Source: Candidatus Velamenicoccus archaeovorus
GTDB lineage: Bacteria; Omnitrophota; Gorgyraeia; Velamenicoccales; Velamenicoccaceae
Reading direction: 5' to 3'
NCBI RefSeq assembly: GCF_004102945.1
Contig: NZ_CP019384.1
Location: 480,001-512,000, forward strand
DNA length: 32,000 nucleotides
The notes under the pieces are model-generated. The model worked only from the letters and a program-made list of their open reading frames with translations, made no database searches and was not told the origin of the DNA. How positions within the stretch are numbered: position 1 is the first letter of the stretch; the number at the start of each line of letters is the position of its first letter. This document shows positions 1-8,838 of the stretch, piece after piece. Made by a program: the position numbers and the translations under genes.

Positions 1-14
1 GGAGGAATAATCGT

Positions 15-43
15 TTGACATCGTTGTCAAAGGGCGATATAAA
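15..43 (+). promoter_or_regulatory. candidate sigma70-type promoter
   Basis: TTGACA at 15-20, 17-nt spacer, TATAAA at 38-43. The inverted repeat TTTGACA (14-20) / TGTCAAA (25-31) overlaps the -35 box. Confidence 0.45.
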
Positions 44-59
44 AAGCGTAAGTAAATGC

Positions 60-152
60 GAAGCTCCGCTGGAACATCTGTTCGCTTGTCTCGGCCTGTC
101 CCGCCTTCGGCAGGGCAAGGCCAGACAAGCAGGCAGACGGTTCGGCGGCTTC
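60..152. repeat. GC-rich long imperfect hairpin, repeat copy E1
   Basis: The core arms CTGTTCGCTTGTCTCGGCCTGTCCCGCC (78-105) and GCAGGGCAAGGCCAGACAAGCAGGCAG (110-136) pair around a TTCG loop. Outer pairs GAAG/CTTC and CCGC/GCGG extend the stem to 60-152. The reverse complement closely matches 10932-10982. Confidence 0.7.
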
Positions 153-205
153 CTTGGGTTGTAACGGTACTTGAGGGCATGGATGCCGTATCCCGCAAGA
201 AGAAG

Positions 206-238
206 CCAAGAGCGTTGTAAGCGCGTTCTTGGTTTTTT
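206..238 (+). terminator. intrinsic terminator
   Basis: CCAAGAGCG (206-214) pairs with CGTTCTTGG (224-232), with one G-U pair. A 9-nt loop separates the arms and TTTTTT follows at 233-238. Confidence 0.6.
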
Positions 239-273
239 CATGGGTGGCTTGTCGTCAACATGGAGGAGAGTCC

Positions 274-978
274 ATGGATAAGATGGGAGAGGCGCAGTTG
301 AGGAGCGCTCTTCGACAGAAGACGAAACAGGAACTCTTGGATATTTGGGTCGGGAACAAGCGGCATGAGTGGCCGGACGGCGCTTTCGATGTTATCAAGG
401 AAGAGTTGGCCGCCAAAGGGATCAAACCGCCGGCGCAGAAGAATCTTGAAGAGTCGATGCTCAAAGGCCGCGATTATCGCAAGGATGTGGGGCAGCCGTT
501 TTTTGCGGTCTCCCAGAAAAAACTGGCCCTCATGGCCTTCTTTACGTGGGGTTTTTACGAGATCTATTGGTTTTACAGGAACTGGAAATTTTTGAAAGAA
601 AAACACGATTTCAAGGTGAGCCCTCTGGCCAGAGGTATCTTCGGGCCGTTGTTTTGTTACAGCCTTTTTAAAATTGTCAGGGATTATAGCGATCAACACC
701 AGGCTGGGGCCGATATGAAAGCCGGCGCCCTGGCGGCGTGCTACATTCTTATGATCGTTACATATAAGCTGCCGAGTCCGTTTGATCTGATTTCGTCGTT
801 TTCTTTCATTCCGCTTTTGACCGTCCAGAGGGTCATCAATAATCTTGGTCAGCGGTTGTCGCCGCAGGCCCAGGTGGACGGTCGGTTCAACGGCTGGAAT
901 ATTTTCGGTATTGTCATCGGTTCGTTTTTGTGGGTTCTTGTTATTTTAGGTATCATATTCCCGGAAACCGGGAAATAA
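274..978 (+). CDS. DUF4234-like integral membrane protein with a soluble N-terminal region
   Basis: ATG at 274 is preceded by GGAGGAGAG (262-270). The segment FFTWGFYEIYWFYRNWKFLKE resembles the DUF4234 signature. Several hydrophobic helices follow. The ORF-track start at 229 is a TTG with no SD. Confidence 0.6.
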   Translation: MDKMGEAQLRSALRQKTKQELLDIWVGNKRHEWPDGAFDVIKEELAAKGIKPPAQKNLEESMLKGRDYRKDVGQPFFAVSQKKLALMAFFTWGFYEIYWFYRNWKFLKEKHDFKVSPLARGIFGPLFCYSLFKIVRDYSDQHQAGADMKAGALAACYILMIVTYKLPSPFDLISSFSFIPLLTVQRVINNLGQRLSPQAQVDGRFNGWNIFGIVIGSFLWVLVILGIIFPETGK

Positions 979-997
979 GTCATTCGTCAGGAGGGAC

Positions 998-1399
998 ATG
1001 GAGGAAAGAAGGGGTTATGTCAGGGTGGGCTTAGACGTCATGGTCAGGTGGAGGACGCAGGCGGAGTCTTCGGCCGGCCGGCCGCAGAAAAAAGCCCAGT
1101 CGAGAAATATCTCCGTCGTCGGGATTTGCCTGATTTTGCGGGAACCCGTGGGTATCGATGAAACATTAGAACTTGAATTTACGCTGCCCGGCGGCAGCCT
1201 CATTCAGGGCCGGGGCAGGGTGATATGGTTGGGTAAAATTGATGCCGGCAAAGATAAGCATGCCGCGGGGACCGGAGCTTTTAACGCGGCCGGCATCAAG
1301 TTTTTGGACATCAGCGAAGCAGACAAGAAGGAAATCGCCGATTTCATCATTCATCGCCTGAGCCGGGGTCAGCAGCCCTTGCATGAAAATGAGGAATAA
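998..1399 (+). CDS. PilZ domain protein (putative c-di-GMP receptor)
   Basis: An RxxxR motif (RGYVR) lies near the N-terminus and a D/NxSxxG motif (NISVVG) lies about 30 aa later. AGGAGGGA SD at 989-996. Confidence 0.7.
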   Translation: MEERRGYVRVGLDVMVRWRTQAESSAGRPQKKAQSRNISVVGICLILREPVGIDETLELEFTLPGGSLIQGRGRVIWLGKIDAGKDKHAAGTGAFNAAGIKFLDISEADKKEIADFIIHRLSRGQQPLHENEE

Positions 1400-1985
1400 G
1401 ACGGCTCTTTTTTTCAGGTACCGGCACGGTCTCTTATTGTTTGCGGCAGGATGCTTGGTTTTTGTCTTTGCCTTGACAGATGCCGCGCAGGCTCAATCAG
1501 CGGCGGAATATTCGGCCTTGACAGAAGCTGTGGCTGCGGCCGCAGCAGCCAAAAAAGAAAAACCAGAGGGCACCGGCGCTGAAAAAAGGGCTGGGCGGGA
1601 GAGCCCTACGGCTGCAGATGCGGCGGGTGAGGCCGTTACAAAGGCCTATGGGGAGGACGGCGAGGCGTTTTCAGCCAAAGGCGACACCCTTCTGAAGCAA
1701 CTCGGCGGCACACCGCAGGCCGATGCATCCGCGGAGAGCAGCCCCAGGACGGCAGAACCCAGGATGATCGAGTTTGAAGATCGGGACGGACCCGCGGCGG
1801 GGGGAGGCGGAAAGAACGGCGAGGCCGAAATTCCTGCCGGCCAGGGGATCAGGGTTTATCTTAAAGACGGTCATGTCGTTGAGGGAAAATTGTTGGAAGA
1901 GGCGGACGGCCGCTGCCAGGTTCAGACCGGCGGCGTGTCCCTGACGTATTTCAAAGACGAGATCCAAAAAACAGAGAAATTCTAG
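1383..1985 (+). CDS. secreted or membrane-anchored protein: Ala/Glu-rich low-complexity linker plus a small C-terminal beta domain
   Basis: An N-terminal hydrophobic segment (LLLFAAGCLVFVFALTDAAQA) looks like a signal peptide. The start overlaps the PilZ gene end by 17 nt. I recognise no family. Confidence 0.5.
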   Translation: MKMRNKTALFFRYRHGLLLFAAGCLVFVFALTDAAQAQSAAEYSALTEAVAAAAAAKKEKPEGTGAEKRAGRESPTAADAAGEAVTKAYGEDGEAFSAKGDTLLKQLGGTPQADASAESSPRTAEPRMIEFEDRDGPAAGGGGKNGEAEIPAGQGIRVYLKDGHVVEGKLLEEADGRCQVQTGGVSLTYFKDEIQKTEKF

Positions 1986-1994
1986 AGGGGGACC

Positions 1995-2714
1995 ATGGAG
2001 CAGTGTCATGTCTGCGGGAGTCATCGGAAAGTGTGTTCGGCCTGCGGAGCGGAGTTGCATAAGCGTTTTGATGATTTTATCGTCCGGGCCGAAGTTATCT
2101 ATGCGATCTTTATGGCTTGGGGATACGCGTCTTCAGCCGAGGCGGTGATCCGGGCCAAGAACTGGGTTGCATTGCCGCTCTTGGTCGTCAGCACTTTTGT
2201 TTTGATCAGGTTTTTCTTTGCGCCGACGAGGAATTTGTATACGGCCGCCTTGCTTGTCGAGAAACACAGAAAGTGGCGCTGGGTCGTTTTCGTCCTCGAT
2301 TTCCCTCTTTTGTTGTTTCATTCTTTCGCTTACTACTCCATGTGCCTGGCTATCGGCGGCAGCGAGGAGAATGCCTATAGATTTTTTGAGTGGTTTGTCT
2401 GTTTGCTGGCGGCCAATGTCGTCTGGCTTTCTACGATTGCGCTCCGGATGAAGCTTTTTAAAAAGCACGCCCACTATTGGACCTTCATCAAATGGTGCGT
2501 CAATAATTTCATTTCCATTGTTTTATTTTTTGTCGCGTTTGTGGCATTCGGCGGTACGCCGGGGGCATTCTTCGACATGTTTTTTTCCAAAGACATCCCC
2601 ATGGTCATCGCTGCGTCTGGCGCCGCATTCTGGGCTTTTTTCGGAGTCGCTTTATTGAACTGTATTGCAGATGTCGTCTTGACAGCATCGGATTATTTGG
2701 GGTTTGACAATTAG
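1995..2714 (+). CDS. membrane protein with an N-terminal zinc-ribbon-like CxxC...CxxC motif
   Basis: CHVCGSHRKVCSACG at the N-terminus, followed by 5-6 hydrophobic helices. GAGGGGGA SD lies before ATG 1995. Confidence 0.5.
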   Translation: MEQCHVCGSHRKVCSACGAELHKRFDDFIVRAEVIYAIFMAWGYASSAEAVIRAKNWVALPLLVVSTFVLIRFFFAPTRNLYTAALLVEKHRKWRWVVFVLDFPLLLFHSFAYYSMCLAIGGSEENAYRFFEWFVCLLAANVVWLSTIALRMKLFKKHAHYWTFIKWCVNNFISIVLFFVAFVAFGGTPGAFFDMFFSKDIPMVIAASGAAFWAFFGVALLNCIADVVLTASDYLGFDN

Positions 2715-2733
2715 GACATTCCAGGGAGGTATT

Positions 2734-3492
2734 GTGAAGATCGTCAGGACTTTTTCAATCATTTTGGGCGTCATCTTTCTTGTCATCATCGTTCTTTTTT
2801 GCACGACATTTGCGGTCGTCAAGCACCTGAAGATCAAAGACTTGGTCGAGCAGGAGATCGAACAGCAGTTGGGCATCAACGTCATGATACAAAAACTGAC
2901 CTACTCGCCGCTATTGACCCATGTCTGCGCCGAAGGGGTCACCATCTATAATCCCGTGGGCTTTGACGAAAAAGAGCTGGCGTATATCAACGCGATCCAT
3001 CTCGTCTGGGACCCGGGGGCCGTCATCACTCAAAAGAAACCGAACGTTTATCTTTTAGCCGTCGACCTCGAACGGCTCTCCATCATCAAGAACCTGGAGG
3101 GCAAGGTCAATATCAAGGAACTGGTGCCGATCAAAGACTCGGGGGCCGTCGGCAAAGATAAGACGCCTTTCTTTTTCGACGTTCTTGTGTTGAGCATCGG
3201 GACGGTCAACTATACGGAATACACCCCCACCGGTAAAAAGGCCCATCTCTATACCATCGGCCTCAAAGACCAGGCATTCGTCCGGCTCCAGGATGAAAAC
3301 GAGGTCGTCAGACTGATCATTTACAAGGCGATCCAGAATACGGATGTCGGGAAATTAATCAACCTGGCCCTTGCGCCCGCCCTGTCCGGCGTCTCCGATA
3401 CGATCGACGCTGCCTGGGGGACGGCCAAGACAGGCGCCAAGAGCGTCCTTCAGATCGCGTCCATGCCGTTCAAGATGATATTAGGGAAGTAG
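2734..3492 (+). CDS. AsmA-like N-terminal domain protein, single N-terminal TM
   Basis: GTG at 2734 lies 5 nt after GGGAGG (2723-2728). A TM helix is followed by the pattern LVEQEIEQQLGINVMIQKLTYSPL...VTIYNPVGFDEKELAYINAIHLVWDP, typical of AsmA/DUF748 N-termini. The ORF-track start at 2704 overlaps the upstream gene. Confidence 0.45.
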   Translation: MKIVRTFSIILGVIFLVIIVLFCTTFAVVKHLKIKDLVEQEIEQQLGINVMIQKLTYSPLLTHVCAEGVTIYNPVGFDEKELAYINAIHLVWDPGAVITQKKPNVYLLAVDLERLSIIKNLEGKVNIKELVPIKDSGAVGKDKTPFFFDVLVLSIGTVNYTEYTPTGKKAHLYTIGLKDQAFVRLQDENEVVRLIIYKAIQNTDVGKLINLALAPALSGVSDTIDAAWGTAKTGAKSVLQIASMPFKMILGK

Positions 3493-3527
3493 TTTTTCCT
3501 GCCTCCAAAATTCCCGGAAAAAATGAC

Positions 3528-3556
3528 TTGCATTCTGTACGGTGTGTAGGTATAAT
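3528..3556 (+). promoter_or_regulatory. candidate sigma70 promoter of the AbrB-like/efflux operon
   Basis: TTGCAT at 3528-3533, 17-nt spacer, consensus TATAAT at 3551-3556, in an AT-rich context. Confidence 0.55.
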
Positions 3557-3561
3557 AAATT

Positions 3562-3579
3562 TAACATTTCTAACATTTC
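3562..3579 (+). promoter_or_regulatory. tandem 9-bp direct repeat at the predicted transcription start (possible operator)
   Basis: TAACATTTC at 3562-3570 is repeated exactly at 3571-3579. TCATAC-AAG-TCATAC follows at 3579-3593. Confidence 0.4.
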
Positions 3580-3698
3580 ATACAAGTCATACTTGAGGGT
3601 TTGGTGTACGGGTCAAGAGGCGCAAGTTAAATGACCGCTTGTGTTTTATTAGGGAACGCATGTAAAAGAGTCTGTCGGAGTCATGAAGGAGGAGCGTT

Positions 3699-3929
3699 AT
3701 GGATCATTCGATGCATCCTAAGGTCTACGGGACCGTCACCCTGGGCGCCAAAGGCCAGGTCGTCATCCCCGTCGAGCTGCGCAAAAAGCTTAGTCTCCAC
3801 GCGAATGACAAGATGGTCGTTTTGTCGAAGGGCAGAGGCATGATCGGGCTGGTGCCCGTCGAGGAGTTCAACCGGTTCCTGACGGAAATTTCCATGTTGC
3901 GCGAAGCTTTTGAGGCCAAAACGAAATAA
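3699..3929 (+). CDS. AbrB/SpoVT/MazE-type (swapped-hairpin) DNA-binding protein
   Basis: The segment GTVTLGAKGQVVIPVELRKKLSLHANDKMVVL is a typical SpoVT-AbrB domain pattern. GAAGGAGG SD at 3686-3693. Confidence 0.7.
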   Translation: MDHSMHPKVYGTVTLGAKGQVVIPVELRKKLSLHANDKMVVLSKGRGMIGLVPVEEFNRFLTEISMLREAFEAKTK

Positions 3930-3933
3930 CGCG

Positions 3934-5193
3934 ATGAAGCTACGCCTGTTTTTTTCCATGGTTTTTACCGTCATCCTGTGCCGTCCCGTTTGGGCGGCGG
4001 AGACGTTGACGTGGGGGGATTGCGTCCGGGAGGCGGCCAAGAACAATCCCGACCTCGTCGTGGCCGTCGAAGGTGTCAAACAGTCGACGGCGGACAAGCA
4101 GATCACGGCCAGCACGCTTTATCCGCAGGTCACCTCAAGCGTCAGCGGCACGACGGGTAAGGCCGCCGGCGGGGGGACGTCGGACACCTATGCCTACGAT
4201 GTCTCTGGCTCACAGCTCGTCTTTGACGGCTTTAAGACCGTTTCGGACGTCAACGCCGCCAAAGAGAACGTCCAGGCATCCAGAGAGAACTACCGCTTTG
4301 TGTCGTCCGATGTCCGCCAGCGCCTGCGCAGCGCCTTTGTCGACCTTCTCTATGCCCAGAATCTTGTCGATGTGACAGAAGACATCATCAGCATCCGCAA
4401 GTCCAATCTCGTCCTTATTTCCTTAAGATACCAGTCCGGCCTGGAGCATAAGGGGGCGCTTTTGACCGCCGAGGCCAACCTTGCCGAGGCAAAATTTGAG
4501 CTGGAACAGGCCAAAAGGGACGTCACGGTGGCGCAATGGCAGTTGACCAAAGAAATGGGGCGAAAAGGTTTCGCGCCCCTTGAGGTCAAGGGTGATTTTG
4601 AGGTGACGGAATCGCAAGGACAGGAGCCGGATTTTCAGGCCATCGCGGCTAAGCATCCTTCCCTGCAAAAGACGGTAGCCGAAAAGAATGCCGCTGTTTA
4701 CGGCGTCAAATCCGCCAAGGAAAACTTTTTCCCCGTGGTGTCGGCCGACACAAGCATCGGCAAATCGGGCAGCCACTGGCCGCCTCAGTCGAATACATGG
4801 AGTCTGGGGTTGGGGTTGTCTTTGCCGTTGTTCGAAGGAGGCCTTAAAACCGCCGAGCTCAACCGGGCCAAGTCGCTTTTGACAGAGGCCCAGGCCACCG
4901 AGCGCAGCACCAAGGATACCGTCCTGGTGACCCTGGAACAGACGTGGGCGCTCTTGAAAGATGCCGTCGAAAACGTGAGCGTCAAACAGAAATTTTTGAT
5001 TGCGACCGAAGAACGTTCCAAGATCGCCCAGGCGCAATATTCGATCGGCCTGATGACTTATGACAACTGGACGATCATTGAGGACGATCTGGTGTCGGCG
5101 AAGAAAAACCTTTTAAACGCCCAGGCCGCCGCGCTTCTGGCTGAGGCCGATTGGATCCTGGCGAAAGGAGAGACCCTGGAAAATGAAAAATAA
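3934..5193 (+). CDS. TolC-family outer-membrane efflux protein
   Basis: Signal peptide MKLRLFFSMVFTVILCRPVWA. Two repeats of the OEP pattern are present (LTWGDCVREAAKNNPDL..., QAKRDVTVAQWQL...). The start lies 4 nt after the AbrB-like stop. Confidence 0.8.
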   Translation: MKLRLFFSMVFTVILCRPVWAAETLTWGDCVREAAKNNPDLVVAVEGVKQSTADKQITASTLYPQVTSSVSGTTGKAAGGGTSDTYAYDVSGSQLVFDGFKTVSDVNAAKENVQASRENYRFVSSDVRQRLRSAFVDLLYAQNLVDVTEDIISIRKSNLVLISLRYQSGLEHKGALLTAEANLAEAKFELEQAKRDVTVAQWQLTKEMGRKGFAPLEVKGDFEVTESQGQEPDFQAIAAKHPSLQKTVAEKNAAVYGVKSAKENFFPVVSADTSIGKSGSHWPPQSNTWSLGLGLSLPLFEGGLKTAELNRAKSLLTEAQATERSTKDTVLVTLEQTWALLKDAVENVSVKQKFLIATEERSKIAQAQYSIGLMTYDNWTIIEDDLVSAKKNLLNAQAAALLAEADWILAKGETLENEK

Positions 5194-6145
5194 TCTGCGC
5201 AAGTTAGGTATCGGGCTATTGGTCGTGGCGGGTCTTGTCATCGTGAAAATGGCGGTCTTCAGGGGCGGCGGGGCGGGGAGCGAGGAGGGGCGCATCGTCA
5301 AGCCCGCTGTCGGGACGATCCATACGATGATCTCGACGACGGGGACCGTTCTTCCCAAAAACCGCCTGGAGATCAAGCCGCCGGTCAACGGCCGTATCGA
5401 GAGCGTCCTGGTCAAAGAAGGCGAGAAAGTCAAGGTGGGGCAGATCTTGGCGTGGATGAGCTCGACCGAGCGCGCCGCCCTCCTGGATAACGCCCGCGGC
5501 CAGGGGGAAGAGGCGTTGAAATACTGGGAAGATGCTTACAAGGCGATCCCGCTGTCGGCGCCGATCGACGGAGAAGTGATCGTGGCGACGACCCAGCCCG
5601 GCCAGACCGTGACGACTTCCGACGCGGTTGTCGTGCTCTCGGACCACCTGATCGTCCGCGCGCAAGTGGACGAGACGGATATCGGCAAGATCAGGGTGGG
5701 CCAAAAGGCCTATGTGGAGCTGGACGCCTATCCGGACACGAAGATTTCCTGTGTCGTCGAGCATATTTATTATGAATCCGAGACCGTCAATAACGTCACC
5801 ATCTATAAGGTGGATTTGAAGCCGCAAGAAGTGCCTGAGTTTTTCCGCTCAGGCATGAACGCCAACGTTGAATTCGTGGAGGAAGGGCAGTCCGGCGCGT
5901 TGCTTGTCCCGCAAGAGGCCGTCTTTACGGATAACGGCGAGACGTTCGTATGGGTCTACCGCGGCAAGGGCGAGACACCCGAGAAGCGCGCGGTCAAAAC
6001 GGGCCTCTCGGATGAAGAAAACACGGCCATCCTTTCGGGGTTAAGCAAGGACGAAGAAGTCGTTATCACGTCGAAGAAATATGACGTCAGCGGCAACTCT
6101 ACCGGCGGGACAAACCCGTTCATGCCGTTCCGCCGTAAAAAATAG
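5183..6145 (+). CDS. macA: HlyD/MacA-family periplasmic adaptor (membrane fusion protein)
   Basis: An N-terminal TM is followed by the lipoyl/barrel pattern GRIESVLVKEGEKVKVGQILAWM and IDGEVIVATTQPGQTV. The start overlaps the TolC gene by 11 nt. Confidence 0.75.
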   Translation: MKNNLRKLGIGLLVVAGLVIVKMAVFRGGGAGSEEGRIVKPAVGTIHTMISTTGTVLPKNRLEIKPPVNGRIESVLVKEGEKVKVGQILAWMSSTERAALLDNARGQGEEALKYWEDAYKAIPLSAPIDGEVIVATTQPGQTVTTSDAVVVLSDHLIVRAQVDETDIGKIRVGQKAYVELDAYPDTKISCVVEHIYYESETVNNVTIYKVDLKPQEVPEFFRSGMNANVEFVEEGQSGALLVPQEAVFTDNGETFVWVYRGKGETPEKRAVKTGLSDEENTAILSGLSKDEEVVITSKKYDVSGNSTGGTNPFMPFRRKK

Positions 6146-6160
6146 GGATCGGGCCGGGCC

Positions 6161-8128
6161 ATGATCACCATCAAGAATATCTCCAAGACATATCGTATGG
6201 GCGAGATCGAGGTCAAAGCCCTGCAGGGAGTTTCTTTGTCCGTCTCGGCGGGCGAGTTCATCGCGATCATGGGGGCGTCCGGCTCGGGAAAATCCACGCT
6301 CATGCACGTTTTGGGGCTGCTTGACCGTCCGGACAGCGGCGAATATTATCTCGGCACAAAGCGCATCAACGACCTTAGGGACGAAGAGTTGTCGGCCATC
6401 CGCAACCGTATTGCGGGGTTTGTCTTCCAGCAGTTCCATCTCCTGCCGCGCCTTTCTGCGCTTGAGAACACAGAGCTGCCGTTGATCTACGCCGGCAAAA
6501 GACACTTGAAAGAGCTGGCGCAGGAACGGATCAAGCAGGTCGGTCTGGCAGAGCGTGCCCATCACAGGCCCAATGAGCTTTCAGGAGGCCAACAGCAGCG
6601 TGTGGCCATTGCGCGCTCTTTGGTCAACGATCCGTTTATTATCCTTGCGGATGAGCCGACGGGGAACCTGGACACGAAAAGCCAGGCTGAGATCATGGGC
6701 CTGCTCAAGGATTTGAATAAACAGGGCAAGACTATCGTGCTCGTCACCCATGAATACGATGTGGCGCAATATGCCGACCGCATCATCACGATGCGCGACG
6801 GCCGTATTATTTCTGATGAAAAACGCAAGACGTCTGCAGCTGTCCGGCCCGACAGCAGCGCCGATAGCGTCGTGGAAGAGGCCTTGGCCCACGGTCTGGC
6901 CGTATCCCGGAAGACAAAATTTTTTGAATATCTGCAGCAGGCGTCTTCTGCGATGTTTTCCCACAAGATGCGCTCGTTTTTGTCCATCCTGGGGATCTTG
7001 ATCGGTGTGGCCGCCGTCATCGCCATGCTCGCTCTCGGGACAGGCGCCAAAGAGTCCATAGAAAAACAGCTGGCGACATTGGGGTCGAATCTCCTGATGG
7101 TGCGGCCGGGGTCGCCCAAACTGGGCCCTGTGGCGCTTGAATCCGGAACGGTGACACGTTTTACATTCCAGGATGTGGAGGCGATCAAACGTTTGACGGA
7201 TGTGGTCAGACGCATCAGTCCTTCTGTGACCGGCAGGGGGCAACTTGTATATGGCAACAAGAACTGGAATACCCAGATCGAGGGCGTCGACGTGGCTTAC
7301 GAAGAGGTGCGTTCTTCAAAGCCCCAGATCGGCCGTTTTTTCAGCTCCGGCGAGGTTACGTCCCGCGACAAGGTCGTCCTGTTGGGTTCGACGGTCGCCA
7401 GGGAGCTTTTCGGGGATGCCGACCCGGTGGGTCGGACGATCAAGATCAACCTGCAGAATTTCAAAGTGATCGGTGTCCTGGCGCCCAAGGGGGGAGGAGG
7501 GTTTCACGACCCCGACGATACGGTGTTGATCCCCATCACGACCGCCATGTACCGCCTTCTCGGCAAGGATTATATCGATTCCATGTATGTGGAAGCAAGA
7601 AGCTCCGACGTCATCGATGAAGCCGAGGAAGCCATCAAGCGCGAGATCATCAAGAGGCATCATTTGGACAAGGATGAGGAGGACACGTTTCAGATCCGCA
7701 ATATGAGCGATATCCGCCAGACGCTGGAGGCGACGACCAAGACCATGTCCATGCTTTTGGGTTCCATCGCCGCCATCTCGCTGTTGGTCGGCGGCATCGG
7801 CATCATGAACATCATGCTTGTGTCCGTGACGGAGCGCACGCGCGAGATCGGCCTGCGCAAGGCCATCGGCGCCAATAACAGGGATATCATGGTGCAGTTT
7901 CTGATCGAGGCGGTCCTGATGGCGATCATCGGCGGCGTTGTCGGCATTCTTTTGGGCAGCGGGATCGCCATGCTCATGGTCGTTTTTGCCGGCTGGGCCG
8001 TGCGGGTCTCCGTGTTCTCCATTGTTTTGGCGACGACGTTTTCCCTCGGCGTGGGCATTATCTTCGGCCTCTGGCCTGCGCAAAAAGCCTCGGAACTTGA
8101 TCCTATCGAAGCGCTGCGATACGAGTAG
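6161..8128 (+). CDS. macB: MacB-type ABC transporter, fused ATPase and FtsX-like permease
   Basis: Walker A GASGSGKST, signature LSGGQQQRVAIARS, Walker B FIILADEPTGNLD. A large periplasmic domain and four TMs end in the typical DPIEALRYE tail. Confidence 0.9.
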   Translation: MITIKNISKTYRMGEIEVKALQGVSLSVSAGEFIAIMGASGSGKSTLMHVLGLLDRPDSGEYYLGTKRINDLRDEELSAIRNRIAGFVFQQFHLLPRLSALENTELPLIYAGKRHLKELAQERIKQVGLAERAHHRPNELSGGQQQRVAIARSLVNDPFIILADEPTGNLDTKSQAEIMGLLKDLNKQGKTIVLVTHEYDVAQYADRIITMRDGRIISDEKRKTSAAVRPDSSADSVVEEALAHGLAVSRKTKFFEYLQQASSAMFSHKMRSFLSILGILIGVAAVIAMLALGTGAKESIEKQLATLGSNLLMVRPGSPKLGPVALESGTVTRFTFQDVEAIKRLTDVVRRISPSVTGRGQLVYGNKNWNTQIEGVDVAYEEVRSSKPQIGRFFSSGEVTSRDKVVLLGSTVARELFGDADPVGRTIKINLQNFKVIGVLAPKGGGGFHDPDDTVLIPITTAMYRLLGKDYIDSMYVEARSSDVIDEAEEAIKREIIKRHHLDKDEEDTFQIRNMSDIRQTLEATTKTMSMLLGSIAAISLLVGGIGIMNIMLVSVTERTREIGLRKAIGANNRDIMVQFLIEAVLMAIIGGVVGILLGSGIAMLMVVFAGWAVRVSVFSIVLATTFSLGVGIIFGLWPAQKASELDPIEALRYE

Positions 8129-8223
8129 TCCTTCTTCGGCAGAGCCAGACTTCCGGATCCAATCGAAAAAACTTCAGACACGCCTTATCCGAAACACGGC
8201 AGGGCTGGAAAGGTCCATCGCCA

Positions 8224-8718
8224 TCAGGCTGTCGCATGGGTTTTGTGGGCGCTTGTTTTTTGTTTTTCGTTCATCGAGACCAAGATTTGCCTGATTTCTT
8301 TTTCGTCTTTCGCCTCGAGGAGTTTTTGTCTGAACTTTTCATTCTTTAGGGAACGGGACAGAAGTCCCAGGACCTGGAGGTAGCCCCTGATTTCGAACTT
8401 CGGTATCCCCAAGAGGAAGATCAGCCGGGCCGGTTTCTTGTCTATCGCCCCGAAATCAATGCCATTGCCGGCGCGGCCGAAAACGACGACGAATTTGTTG
8501 ATGCTGTCCGTTCGGGCGTGTGGAAAGGCTGTCTCATGACCGACTCCCGTAGGTTGGCGCCTTTCACGCTCAAGGACGTCGGCTACAAATTTTTCAAAAT
8601 TATTGATTTGCGGCGATTCTTTCAGGAAAGCCGCCAATTCACGCACAGCTGCTTCTTTCGTTGCTGCCGAAAGAGAGACTGAGACCATTTTAATATGGGA
8701 AAAATTCCAATTTTTCAT
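8224..8718 (-). CDS. ptsN: PTS EIIA(Ntr)-type regulatory protein (PtsN-like)
   Basis: EIIA type-2 pattern with an active-site region ...TGVGHETAFPHART... and LIFLLGIP. The start is uncertain: ATG at 8718, or TTG at 8745 as used by the ORF track. Confidence 0.65.
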   Translation of the reverse strand: MKNWNFSHIKMVSVSLSAATKEAAVRELAAFLKESPQINNFEKFVADVLERERRQPTGVGHETAFPHARTDSINKFVVVFGRAGNGIDFGAIDKKPARLIFLLGIPKFEIRGYLQVLGLLSRSLKNEKFRQKLLEAKDEKEIRQILVSMNEKQKTSAHKTHATA

Positions 8719-8838
8719 ACGGAGACCTGTGTTTTCCGCCCGCAATCCGTCTTTGAATTTGGCTTGATACCTTTCGCAAAAGATGAAAGGAAGCGGATTT
8801 TTAAAGGCGGCGGTTGAGTGGTTTTGTCTTGAATGCTA

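Noticed and set aside
105-140. Resemblance of GGCAGGGCAAGGCC...AGACAAGC to the c-di-GMP-I (GEMM-I) riboswitch strings ACAGGGCAAACC and GACGCAAAGCC. The idea was tempting because a PilZ gene lies downstream.
   Set aside because: The segment is simply the 3' arm of a near-perfect long hairpin. The two-helix GEMM architecture with a GNRA tetraloop and receptor is absent. The same sequence recurs upstream of an unrelated ClC gene.
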